A program made the position numbers and the translations under genes. From contig NC_090352.1 in the NCBI RefSeq assembly GCF_035084215.1, positions 29,760,001 to 29,824,000 on the forward strand: 64,000 bases of DNA, given 5' to 3'. The notes under the pieces are model-generated. The model was given only the letters and a program-made list of their open reading frames with translations. It had not been told where the DNA came from and ran no database searches. The first letter of the stretch is position 1, and every line of letters starts with the position of its first letter. Below, piece after piece: positions 13,816 to 25,861 of this stretch. Source of the DNA: Heptranchias perlo. Lineage: Eukaryota.

Positions 13816-14142
13816 GCTCTACTTGTTTTTCTGGGCACATTTCCTGGACCATAATTATTATTTTGACATAATAGTTCATGAAGTTGACAAGTTGAAATGA
13901 GAAAAATTACTATAAATGAACACTTATGTATTGGGAAAGTAGGAACTAGGGGAGTTCCACAGGGAACAGTCCTGCATGCAGTACTCTCCCTCATCTACGT
14001 AAACAGCCTTGACAACGGTAGATCAAGAAATCTAAAAACGAACGACAATCCTAAAAATGCAGGAAAACAAATGAGCCATAGCTTAATTCAAAAGAGGCTG
14101 TGGAAACTGAACTTATGGCCTGTATGCTATTTATTGGGCTAA

Positions 14143-14900
14143 GACCATAAGATAGGAGCAGGCCCTTCGGCCCCTCGAGCCTGCTCCACAATTCAATAAG
14201 ATCATGGCTGATCTTTTATTTCAACTCCTGTCTCATCTTATCCCTTGTGTCCAAAAAAAACTATTGATCTACCTTGAATATACTGAACGACTGAGCAGCT
14301 ACAGCCCTCTGGGAGGTAGAGAATTCTAAAGATTCACAACCCTCGAGTGAAGAAATTTTTTTCTCCCCCCTCCTCCTCTCAGTCCTAAATAACTGACCCA
14401 TTATGACCCCTAGTTCTGGAATCTTCAGCCAGGAGAAACAGCCTCGCAGCATCCACCCTATCGAGCCCACTTAAGAATTCTAAATATTTCAATGAGATCA
14501 CCTTTCGTTCTAAACTCCAAATATAGACTCATTCTACTCAATCTCTACTTCTAGGAGAACCCTCTCATCCCAGGAAATCAATCTACTGAACCTTCGTTGC
14601 ACCTCTTCTAAAAAGGTGCATATATCCTTCCTCAGGTAAGGAGATTAAAATTGTACATAATACTCCAGGTGTGGTCTTAAAGAGCCTTATATAATTGCAG
14701 CAAGACCTCCTTACTCATACTCCAACCCCCTTGGAATAAAGGCCAACATACCATTTGCTTTCCTAATTACTAGCTGTATGTTAACTCTGATTCATGTACA
14801 AGGATACCTAAATCCCTCAATACCAACATGTCTTAGTGTCTCCCCTTTTAAAAAATATTCTGCTTCTCTATTTTTCCCACCAAAAAGTGGACAATTTCAC
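14143..14900 (-). mobile_element. CR1 LINE 3' fragment, degraded
   Basis: Same tail and ORF2 motifs as 32183-33298. Confidence 0.85.
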
Positions 14901-15260
14901 TATGTGTACAACGTATTAGTTCTTGATCAAAATTAACCTACAAAAAAAGTCAATATAAAAGCATAGACGAGTGAACCGCATAGGAGAAAACGCTACATTT
15001 AAGTTGATTATCCTATTTAAAATTTGTATATACAGTTATCTAGGTCCAAGCTAGTGGTCATTAATCCCTTTATTCAATTTTAAAAGTTAACTCAAGATAA
15101 GTGCACAAGTGAGTTGCTATATTAAGGGAAAGAAGTCCTAGGCAAGCTTGCACACTGGTCAATATGCAGATCTGGTTAACCTCAGATTTAGATATTGATG
15201 GTCAAAAGAAAACAGACATCAAGACAACTTCCATAACTGACAGAGGTCTGACACTTTCCA

Positions 15261-15266
15261 TTTATT
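15261..15266 (-). terminator. Candidate DYNLL2 poly(A) signal AATAAA (alternatives at 16198-16203 and 15069-15074)
   Basis: Plus-strand TTTATT at the end of a ~1.1-kb repeat-free, AU-rich region after the stop codon. Confidence 0.5.
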
Positions 15267-16401
15267 GGCAATTACATTAACAGTTAGCTCATCAACAAAT
15301 ATGAACCAGGATTGAAGCTTCTCCATGCTTTAATCACAAGCTATGTAGTCTATGTACATACACAAATATCCGGGGGGGGGGGGGGTAGAAAGAAGGGAGG
15401 AGAGAGAAGGAAGTAAATTTTTTTTTTTAAGTTAATTGTTTTAGACACATCACATGGGAAGACTGGAAATCAATACAAGCACCTTAATAAAGTATATCAT
15501 TTGCTTATATTCAAGAGGATCAGCTTAGAACCTTTAAAATGAGCTATGCATTGAGATTTTTTTTTGAAAAAGACAAAACACATCACAGACAGCTTGGTGA
15601 ACAATTTCATTAACATGCAAACAGAAAAATCACTTAGGACAATGTACAAACTGCCTGGTAGCACCTGTACATTATAGCAAATTAGAGCAACTTTAGACTG
15701 TTGCTAGTTTGACAATATGATCTTGCACGGAATTACAAGTATTGACAGTTTCTCCACTCTTGGCAGATTACAGCACAAGGGGAAAAAAAAGTTTGTTTTG
15801 CCCTGCTTAAGGTGCAATCAAACCATCCACATGGCATTCTGGTAGGCCAACCATTGTGTTTCTATGTAGCGGATTTTTTAAAAAAAAGTCTGACTTAGCC
15901 TCATCAGAACAGTGGTGAATCAAATCCAATTACCGTTTAAGGAAAAGAAAAAGTTGTCGATGGGATTCACTGCAATAGCAATTTTCTGCTATTAAAAAAA
16001 AAACAGCTTTAAAGAAAGCCAATAAGTATTTTTATACCCAACATCTGCAGTACAACTGCCCTCTCTTCCAAGTAGAAACAATTTGATGCAGAGGGGAGAA
16101 AAAAAAAAATAGGATTGGGTTTCTGAATTGAACAGAAAAAAAAACTTGCTGCTGTTGACAAGTCCAGTAATCCAGTCTTCAGGTAGAACCATTCCAGTTT
16201 ATTCTTTTAAAGGCCACTGTTAAAGCATTTATCCATTTCAGTGCAATACAAAAAAAAACAAAAAAGCCTTTTGGGCAACTAAAGCAAGTTTACTGCTACA
16301 TATACACAGAAGATAAAAGTCCATGCAGCTGTTTAGCCATTAAAGGGACTGTGGCTCCAGCCGTCAGTGCATTAGTTCATTTTGCCCCCCCTTCCTCTTT
16401 T

Positions 16402-16572
<171 letters not shown>

Positions 16573-17609
16573 CTATCACAATCACATTTATCATACACAA
16601 TCTCCCCCCCCACCCCACCTCCTCCTACTTGCATACAGCTCAACACAGAATAAGGTACAAGTGATTATAATGGCTGCAGCCAAGCTCCAACAGTTCAGTG
16701 GGTAAAGACAGAACCCAATGTAGCACTCAGGCATGGAGACCAGATGGTCCCAATTTTGACCATGAGTCAAGTAGTGTAACATGGCAGGAGGGGGGGGAAA
16801 AAGCAGGGGTACTACAATTGTCTACAGTACCCCTGGATTCAAAGTGGGGGGGTGGGAATATCAGTATATGGAAATTGTGTTTCTGGGGGTGGGAAAAGAA
16901 ATCAGGTTTAACTGATGCCCCAATGAAAAACAATACCTGGGCTAACATGAAGAATGTGTCATTTGAGCAAGTTTCCAGTGGGCTGCCAGCCCTCATGGAA
17001 CCAAACTGGCAAGAACCAACAGCTTTAAGAAAAGTGTGGAAGAGGGGCAAGTTACAGCCATTATAACTAATTGCTAAAAATCTTTACTTCCCACCACTTC
17101 TGGTTTCAAGTCATTTCACTTGGGACCCTGAAATAATCTTAAAAAGTTGCCTAGTACTAGACAGGGGAGGATAAGGGCTGCAATAGCTGCACAATATTTA
17201 TGAAGTATCTGCAAATGCCCAGATTAAGTCAGGCATGGTTCTTTTACACTGCAAGAGTGATATTAGCATGGCTAGTTTAGTCTTTTATGACTCAGATTAC
17301 CCAAATCAGTTTCCTTTAAAAAGTCTGTCCTTAAGGACCAATATTTTTGGATACAAAAATAACAACCATTGTGCCCCACTGGTTGTAAGATAGCAACTTG
17401 AAGTAGGTGCAATGAGAGCACCAGGTGTTGAAAGGATTGTGCGTTGTAGACTATGGGGCAATATTGCACCTTAAAATATGGGAATGGTTAACTGGATAGT
17501 GGTGCTCCTGCATATTTTTAGTTAGCAACCAACATATTGATAACCTTCGACTGCCGACTATACCAAGTCAGAAACTGTCTTGTTAAAATTGGAGTGAACG
17601 GCAAAGTAC

Positions 17610-17741
17610 CTTTTTGATAAAGGCAGCGATGTCCTTTTCGATGTTGTATTTCTCCATCGCCTGTGTTGCACAGTCTACTGCATCTTGCTGCATATCTTCA
17701 GACATGTCAGCATTTTTGATCACAGCCTTCCTGTCGGACAT
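17610..17741 (-). CDS. DYNLL2: Dynein light chain LC8-type 2, first coding exon (44 codons)
   Basis: [44 protein letters not shown] with DYNLL2-type residues S2, D16, A21, D23, M29; acceptor gtag|GCACGATG at 17747/17746; donor AAG|GTACTT; joins in phase to give 89 aa. Confidence 0.97.
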
Positions 17742-19036
17742 CGTGCCTACCACGGAAAAGAATAAGGCACCCGTGACTAAACACACCAGTGCTGCCACCG
17801 TCAAGGGTAGAACATGCACGGTACACAACTGCGGATGTTGTGCAAGTCTTCAAAACACCTAAACAACCCGACAAAAACGCCAAGTGTGATAAAGATTTTG
17901 AATACTGCTGAACTTCCACATTAACCCGCGATGACTTCCAGACACAAGACTCATTTTCAAACTTCCTGCTCCTTATTGCAAAGAGAATGCAAACACTCGG
18001 CACAGATGCAACTCATTCATTCAGATGAGCAGGAATTTACAGCGCCCCCTCCATCATTCACGCAAGACGAGATGGGTGAACCTCCATTTGCAAAAACAAA
18101 AAAAAAAGGCTGACAATAGCTTTCAAGAAAACATTACAGTTCCGGGACTTCTAGAAAGCCTGGCGTTTAAGCTTTAAAAACAATTTTATTGCATTAAGTT
18201 ACCAACTGATGCATTCACGTCGAGCTAGTCGCGACTCGATGCAGATTGTATTGGGATGAGAAAGGAAAATACGAGAGGGGAAAAGGGGTCTTAGTTGGGT
18301 AGGAAGGGCCAGAAAAGAAAGATTTTTTTGGGGGGAAGAAAGATTTTTTTTTTGACGGTACTGCATTGCATTTCAGGATTGCTTGTGGTAATCCCTGGCT
18401 CCTCCCGAGAGGGTCATCGTTATCTAAAGGTGCACGCGTTCGATCAAACGGTGACAGAATTCTTTAGAGATTGGTCTAGTGGATTTGAAGGTGGAGCCCT
18501 CCTCCTATTTCTGCAGAGGATCAAAACCTACCCCTCCCCCCCCCCCCTCCCCTCTGTTTTCAACAACAAAATCTGCAAGCCAGAATTTAAATTTTAATCG
18601 CCGTCACGTTCTGTCTAATCATCCACTTGAAAAAATAACAAATCGACAGTTTGTGCCAATAAATCTAATCCAGCTCCAAATATATACACATTATTTCCCC
18701 CCCAAAAAAAAATCAAGTACTGTAGGTTCACGTAATGTAAAAGTGAACGTAATAAACGGGCTTCTTTTAGAATTAAAGAGATAACAGGTTTCCAACACGT
18801 CCCAACAAAAGAATATGCAATTTCTGTGGTTTCCCCCCCAAAATCGAATAACTGCAGTACATACGTGCATTAACAATGACACCTTGGAAACGCAGCCTCT
18901 TTTAAAAAAAAAGCTTAGGTCATTTTAAGGTAACCTAAAATCATGATGTTCCTGAATAGAATTTCTTAAAACACTAGAAATAAGGAAGAAAAATAACCCC
19001 CCACACACACACACGCCTTGCAGAAGATGATCTCAC

Positions 19037-19215
19037 CTTCCCGGTACTAATCTGCCAATCTCTCCAGCAAAGCTCTTTTTTTTTCTCTCCCCTCGTAACC
19101 GCTTTCCCCCGATGCGATCTGCTGTTTTGTGACAGCCCTCCCCTCCCCGCCTGCCTGAAATACCGCCCCGTCCCTCCGCAATGGCTGAGCTGCCTGCCGC
19201 GTCCATTGGCTGAGA
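19037..19215 (-). promoter_or_regulatory. DYNLL2: Probable DYNLL2 non-coding exon 1 and CpG-rich promoter
   Basis: Donor GAAG|GTGAGA at 19037/19036; GC box (~19163) and CCAAT (~19205); local CpG enrichment; exact TSS unknown. Confidence 0.65.
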
Positions 19216-20499
19216 ACAGCCCGTCCTCACGACCTGTGCATTTTCCCCTTGCTAAAGTGTTCCCACATCTTATTTCATCCCACAATGCAATGAGATCAGG
19301 GCAACTCAACTCAACACAACACACACACACACAAACACACAAAACAGCCCAGCAACAACATCAACAAAACAAAAAGTGCTTTGGGCAGCGTGAGTTTTGT
19401 TTGGTTTCAAAATTCTGGATTTTTTTTTTAATATATGTATGTGTTGAGTCTACTGGCAATCGATTGAATTGCCGTTTCAGCGAGGGTCCAGCAATACCTG
19501 GTTACAGCCATGTATCAGTTGAGGTTGAACGTGTGACAGCACCGCTCCTGTAGTTTTAAGTGCTCTGCAGAGAGGCAACTGTGTGATCGTTTTGCTAATG
19601 TCAGTTGTTGGGATGTGTTTGCAACGAGCAGCGCCTTGTAAAACTAACAGCTGAATTGCATTCGACCCTTGAAAATGAGGTAATGAAATTTAGTCGCCAG
19701 TGTTCACTGGATTTCCCCGAAATCAATTTCTGTTCAGTGGGGGGAAAATAGATTCATAACTATTCCTCCCCCACCTTTTCACCAATTTCTCCTCTCTGTC
19801 TCAAAGGATTTGGCTCCATGCACAATAAACGTCCTCTGTTACCTCACTGAAATGGTCATTATTTATGTGAGAAAAGACTTTCATTTATATAGCACCTTTT
19901 ACAGCCTCATGACTTCCCAAAGCCCTTTACAGTCAATGAAGTAGTTTGAAGTGTAGTCACTGCTGTAATGTTGGTTGAGAGATAGATATTGGCCAGAACA
20001 CTGGGGAGAACTCACCTGCTCTTCCGTGAGCCTAGACAGTGAGTCTTGGCAGGCTATTCAACCACGTAAAGCTACTTAGCCAAGCCTGATCCTGTCCACC
20101 TCTGATGCCCGTCCATGTATACTTACAACAATGGCCTGCAGGCAACAGCTGATTTTCCATTCCCTGACCCAGGGATGCTGAGGCCTACTGTACCAATTCT
20201 ACCAACACCTCACTGAGGCCAGCTAATTCCAGGGATCTCTTGATCTGTATGGTCAGCTGCTCACTGGATAAAGCTAATTAAGAGAAACCTTTCCACAACA
20301 GTTTCTTGCAAGCTTTCAATTGTAATGAATGATTAAAGTGCAAAATATTTAATGCTAGTACTTTTGCCGTAATGCGATGGATTCAAATTAGGAGCAATGA
20401 TGTGATTTGAATTGTGTAAAGTTTCAACTGGACAAAAAAGAAAATAATTCAGTGAATACAATGAATATCAATAGAAAATATCTCTGGTTCTTCAGTGGT

Positions 20500-20860
20500 T
20501 TTAAGGAAATGCTGCATTGTCAGAGTTGCTGTCTTTCAGATGAGATATGAAACCGAGGCTCCATGTGCCTGTTTAGGTGGATTTAAAAGATCCCACAGTG
20601 CTATTCAATGATGAGTAGGGGAGTTCTCCCACTGTCCTCACCAACATTTATCCCTCAACTAACACCACCACAAATAGATTAATTTACCATTTATCTCATT
20701 TGCTGTTTGTTGAACCTTGCTGGGTACAAAATTGGCTGCTGTGTTTGTCTGTTTAACAACAGTGACTACACTTTAAAAGTAATTTAATGGGTGTGGAGCA
20801 TTTTGGGACATCTTGAAAGCATGTTGAGAATGTGAAAGGTACAATATAAATACAAGTCTT
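20500..20860 (+). mobile_element. DeuSINE (SacSINE1-like), partial
   Basis: Deu-domain motifs 'gtctttcagatgaga..aaaccgagg', 'aaagatccca', tail 'aaaggtacaatataaatacaagt'. Confidence 0.75.
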
Positions 20861-22431
20861 TCTTGGATTTTCAGTTACTATTCACTCAGGCTGCAATTAT
20901 ACATCAGCTGCCTATCTGAGACCATTATCTGTAGAAAGCAGTGTACAGCTTGTTAAAATTGGATAGCCATGTGGTGAAGGATAGAATACTAGAGCCTGGT
21001 ATGTATGTATGTATGTATTTATTTATTTATTTATTTGCTTCCAACCTTTATTCACAAAGATTCCCCTTCCACACACTACCTAAGCCCTCCTATAAAAAGG
21101 ATGCGAGAGTCCCCAATTGATACCCACCACCTGAATACAATTAACACTAATTGATATAAATCATACAATTAACACATTTGGAAGACTCAACTTATGGCAC
21201 TGACTACATCTTACACTGGACTTAACAACAAAGAAGTTCTGTGCACACATACTTAAATGCCTGCACAGAACACCACTCTGAGTGGCTCCTTCCTAATATG
21301 AGACTGCAGGTAGGTAGGCAGGTAACATTGGTCAGGAACTCATTGGCGCACAGTGCTTGATAGTCTATCCCATTAACTTAAAAAGATGGAAAATGAGGCA
21401 CCACAGGCTTCCAATTTCCCGACCAGTGCTCTTTGTGTGTGTGCTGTTCCTCGCCATTAGATTTGAACTCCAAAGCAGTTTGAAGCTCCCTGCTACATTT
21501 TGTCCCGCATGACTTGCTTTAGTATACTCAGAAGTCAGATTATCACTGTAATGCCAGAGTTCTACTACCACTTTCATTATAATGTGGACCCAAATCTATT
21601 TGCATTGATGCAAGAGTGGCAGTATAACTGCTATCTTAAAATAACTAATCACCTGTCAGGTATTCATTTATTTAATTATTTTTTGCAGTACTTTATAAAC
21701 TGATTAATATAAACTATTGAAATGCTGAGGGGAAAAATCATAGATACAAGCTTTTTAATATCTGTGTGATCTATTAGGCATAACCTGATAATACTACAGG
21801 TTTTTTCATGTTATCCAATGTACCTTCAAATCCTGTTTCAAACATATGGGGAGATTTATCTGTGCATTATAGAAATAATTCCACACTCCCATTAGGGAAG
21901 CTGCACTCGAAGGAAGCCTGGGTCAGAGGTACGATTACAATACTGTATCCTAATTTTCAGAACCTGTGCTCCCTGTGATTCCAGCTCCCCGCTGGGAATG
22001 GAGGATCATGGAATTAGACTTTAAACATAATGAAATCTTAATCCCCTTCATAAAAAATAGGTTTATGATTTTTTTTTGTACAGAAAGCATAGAGGAAATG
22101 TTTCTCCTTAATCAAGTAAGAACCTTTGTTCTACATTACATATATTTTCAAGCGGAATCAGAAAAATCTCTATGTCAAACAGGTCACTAAATAACACACC
22201 AATGTTAAAAAAAAACTTTCTATAACATGATCTGAAGCCTTCAATTAGATTACTGTCTTGTAATTCACTCAGAGTTACCTGGCATCCACTGTGCATTTCA
22301 TAATACCTGGCACATCATAATGTATACCCTTTGGTTGAATATCACGATAAGCTATAATATTCTTTCGCATCGCCTCCCCCCGATCTTTTACGATCATCTA
22401 TCGATTCCTCCACCCCTCCCCATCTGCCCTC

Positions 22432-22700
22432 TCCGGTAGATGTAAAAGATCCCATGGCACTATTTCGAAGAAGAGCAGAGGAGTTCTTCCCAATGACCCA
22501 GCCAATATTTATCCCTCAACAAACATCACTAAAACAGGTTATCTGGTCATTATCACATTGCTGTTTTTTGGACCTTGCTGTGCGCAAATTAGCTGCCGCG
22601 TTTCCTACAACAGTGACAGTTCAAAATTACTTCATCAGCTGTAATGCGCTTTGGGACGTCCTGAGGTTGTGAAAGACGCTATATAAATGCAAGTCTTTTT
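22432..22700 (+). mobile_element. DeuSINE (SacSINE1-like), 3' half
   Basis: 'aaaagatcccatggcactatttcgaagaagagcag...gcgctttgggacgtcctgagg...gctatataaatgcaagtc'. Confidence 0.8.
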
Positions 22701-23249
22701 TTTTCTTTTCGCATGCACTAGAAAGGAATAATATAATAGTTAACATCTCTGTAATCTACTAGATATAACCTGATAACACAACAGGTCCTTTCATGTTATC
22801 CGATATAAGTTAAAGTCCATTTAAACCATTTGGGAAGAAGGTTTCCTTGAAATTGCTATTTTTGTATTAAATGACAAATACCTGAGAATAAGCTAAGGAT
22901 TATAAATGGATTAACAGATATCTGGCAGTAAGTAACAATGCAGTAATTCAATCTTATGACATCATAGATCACAGAAGCAAAGTTTGTGCAGTTTATGGAG
23001 GTCAGCAGAACCCTGACATTGAATTACTGTCCTAATTACTGCTTGAAGTTTATGGTATAAAAAATATAAAATGCTTAGTTTCAGCTTTCTCTATTATTAT
23101 GCAGTGGGTGCCATGAGGGTAGAAGACATGGATGAAAAACTATTAAAAATTATAATGTATAGGAACTGAAATTATATGCCATCGCATCGCCAAAGCATTA
23201 CAAAATATTTCCTGGTAATCCAGTATGTGTGTATCAAGAAATTGCAAGT

Positions 23250-23560
23250 GGATTAGATACTGGCCTTTCACTTCTCGATTCAAACCCATCCCATCCAGGA
23301 TGAAAATCTCCTTTGTGTACTGACTGCAAAGGACCTGTGTGAAAATGAATTTGGAAAATCTCAATGCAATTCCTAGTGGACAAAGGCATGGCACAAACTG
23401 CCCTCAATTTGGCCTTATATTAAGCTGCATGACTGGTTGCTGTGAAAGAGGGAAACGTGTCAGACAGGTGCAGTAGGAGGCGCTGTCCTGAGATTGCTGA
23501 GCTGTTGTGGCAGAGTAATGGGAGCTTTACTCTGCATTTAACCATGGCATGACCTCATCT
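23250..23560 (+). mobile_element. LF-SINE-like ancient SINE remnant
   Basis: 'gcctttcacttct', 'cctgtgtgaaaatgaatttgg', 'ttcctagtggaca' occur in the order recalled for the LF-SINE consensus. Confidence 0.5.
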
Positions 23561-24064
23561 GAACACACGTGACCTGGGAGTAGTTGAAATAGAAAATGCA
23601 CAGCATGGAAAATGTCCCATTCCCCCGCAATAACATCCCTCAATAGGCACAAAAAAAAATTCAAACAAAATTCATTTTAAAAATCCATTAATTTTCAAGG
23701 CCACTGTGTCTCTGAAGGTTCTGTTCAACATCAGCCGACAACTCATTTCTGAGCAAAGATTTCGACAATGCTCTAGGTGTGGTGAAATCATAACGTGGCC
23801 TTGAATGTCCTACGTATCTGCACCCAGAGTCACGCGCAATCGTGGCGCAGAGCAAATATGCAGCCTAAAAGGTCGCTGAATTTGGGGCGCAAGTGAGATG
23901 CGCGAGTAAGTACAATATGCCTAAATCTCCTTGATCTTTTACGATCGCCTATCAATCCCTCCGCCCGAACGCATCTCCGCCCATTATACTGGCCCTGCCC
24001 CTGTGAGTTTGCTGCAATTGCGCTTGTTTGGAAGCTCTCTTCAAATTGCGATTAGGCTTTCAGG

Positions 24065-25321
24065 CGCACAGACCACCCTGTGATGCCTCCTACGGCCATG
24101 CCACATCCCTTGGCTCTGGCTCCTGGCAGTCCAGGATATTCTCCTTTGATTAGCTCCAGTCAAGATCCAGACCTATCGCCATGGCTTAGTTGTGCAGGAC
24201 GTGGCACCTTAAGCAGGCGTCAATCAGCAGAGCCAGGAAACATTGAAGCCATTCTCACCTTTTCTTACTGCAGTCAGCCATTTTACACTGGATTTTAGAA
24301 AAAAAAATGGCTCTTTTGCTAGCACTACCCCTGCTTTATATTACATTGGAGGAGGAGGAAGAGAACCAGAGGCAGGAGGCCCGGAGAATGAAGGACAAGT
24401 ACCCGGCCCAGAGAGTGTATAGGCCTCGACTAACGTTCCAGGAGATGAATGTGCACCGACTGCCCATCGGCCGACACTGGCTTGCTCTGCACTGACTCAA
24501 AGCTCCGGTCCACATGCAGCAGAGCCTTAACTGTAGAAATGAAGGTGACCATAGCCCCCAACATTTATGGGTCTGGATCCTTCCAGGCATCCACACAGGG
24601 ACCTAGGCAGGATTAGACAAGGGGCAGTGAGGGCCTGCATTCGCAGGTGACTGACGCCCTGTTCCATAGGGCTGGGGAGTTCATTAGATGTGGCATGTCC
24701 GCAGTGGAGCAAAGGCAGAGGGCATTTCTACAGGATTGCTGGCTTCTCCAGAATTCTGGGTGCGATCGATGGAGCACACGTGACACTGAATGCTCCCGTT
24801 CAGAATCCACAAAGCTACATAAACAGGAAGGGCTTCTGCTCCCTCAACGTTGAGATGGTCTGCGACACCCGGCTGCACATCTTGCATGTGAACGCGCAGC
24901 ACGCAGAGGCCTGTCACGATGCGTTCATTGCGTCCAATTCCATCATCACACACATGCTCGGGGATGGGGGCTAAGTGGAAGGATGGATCCTAGGTGGTAA
25001 GGCTTACTCGTTGCTGCCTTGGCTGATGACGCCTTTTCATGCTCCAGAGAACGAAGCAGAGGTACAATCAGGTACATGCGTCCAACAGGCAGGTGGTTGA
25101 GAGCCACTTCAGCTGCTTGGACAGGTGTTGGGATGTCCTCCTATACGCCCCAGAAAGGGTAGCGAGGATAGGGATCATGTGCTATGTCCTGCACAACTAC
25201 GCCATGACGATAGGTCTGGATCTTGACTGGAGCTAATCAAAGGAGAATATCCTGGACTGCCAGGAGCCAGAGCCAAGAGATGTGGCACGGCCGTAGGAGG
25301 CATCGTAGGGTGGTCAGTGCG
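24065..25321. repeat. 143-bp inverted repeat pair: 24065-24207 and 25179-25321
   Basis: Manual comparison gives 9 mismatches in 143 bp; ORFs 24080+ and 25175- share LALAPGSPGYSPLISSSQDPDLS. Confidence 0.95.
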
Positions 25322-25350
25322 TGGCTTATGACACAGGCTTTTACCCAGTG
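24307..25350 (+). pseudogene. Harbinger/HARBI1-like DDE transposase with frameshifts and stops
   Basis: Motifs GSGSFQ, GAIDGAHV, YINRKGFCSLNVEMVCD, HDAF, PWLMTP, YNQVHASNRQVVE, CYVLHNY across ORFs 24307, 24690, 25039. Confidence 0.9.
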
Positions 25351-25861
25351 AGGCCTTGCGCAGGAGTCGCAACCAGAAGGGTCACACATGGCTCTCTTTA
25401 ACTTCAAAGAATGTTTTATTACAAAATGTTTCATAATTTTAAGTGCAAATTGTTACAAATAAATCCAAATGTTGCCTGAAAAAGTTAAACCATACATAGA
25501 AATTTCAAATAATTGTTAACAAGACCTTGAGAAGCATATTTTAATTACAAACAGTGTTTTATTGCAATGTTAAACACTCTTTAGAAATTTAACAACTATA
25601 TACAAGAATATACCTTTAATAATAAACGCTATGAACCATTGGAAACTTGAGTTAAACTAATGTAAACTTTAGAAATTGTTACAACTTTTGAAAACTTTGA
25701 AAAATGTAAATAAAGATTCAACTCTGTGAAACAAGAAAATTTTAATTAGCAGCAATAACACATCAAAAACAACCAACAGGACACGGCAGAGACAGTCTCA
25801 ATCTTCCAGCTTCTTGATAAAGGAGGAGAAAGAGGATGTAACAGAGATAGGAATTAAATTC

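Noticed and set aside
24307-25350. Functional domesticated HARBI1 gene
   Set aside because: Multiple frameshifts and stops, flanked by TIRs and a TSD.
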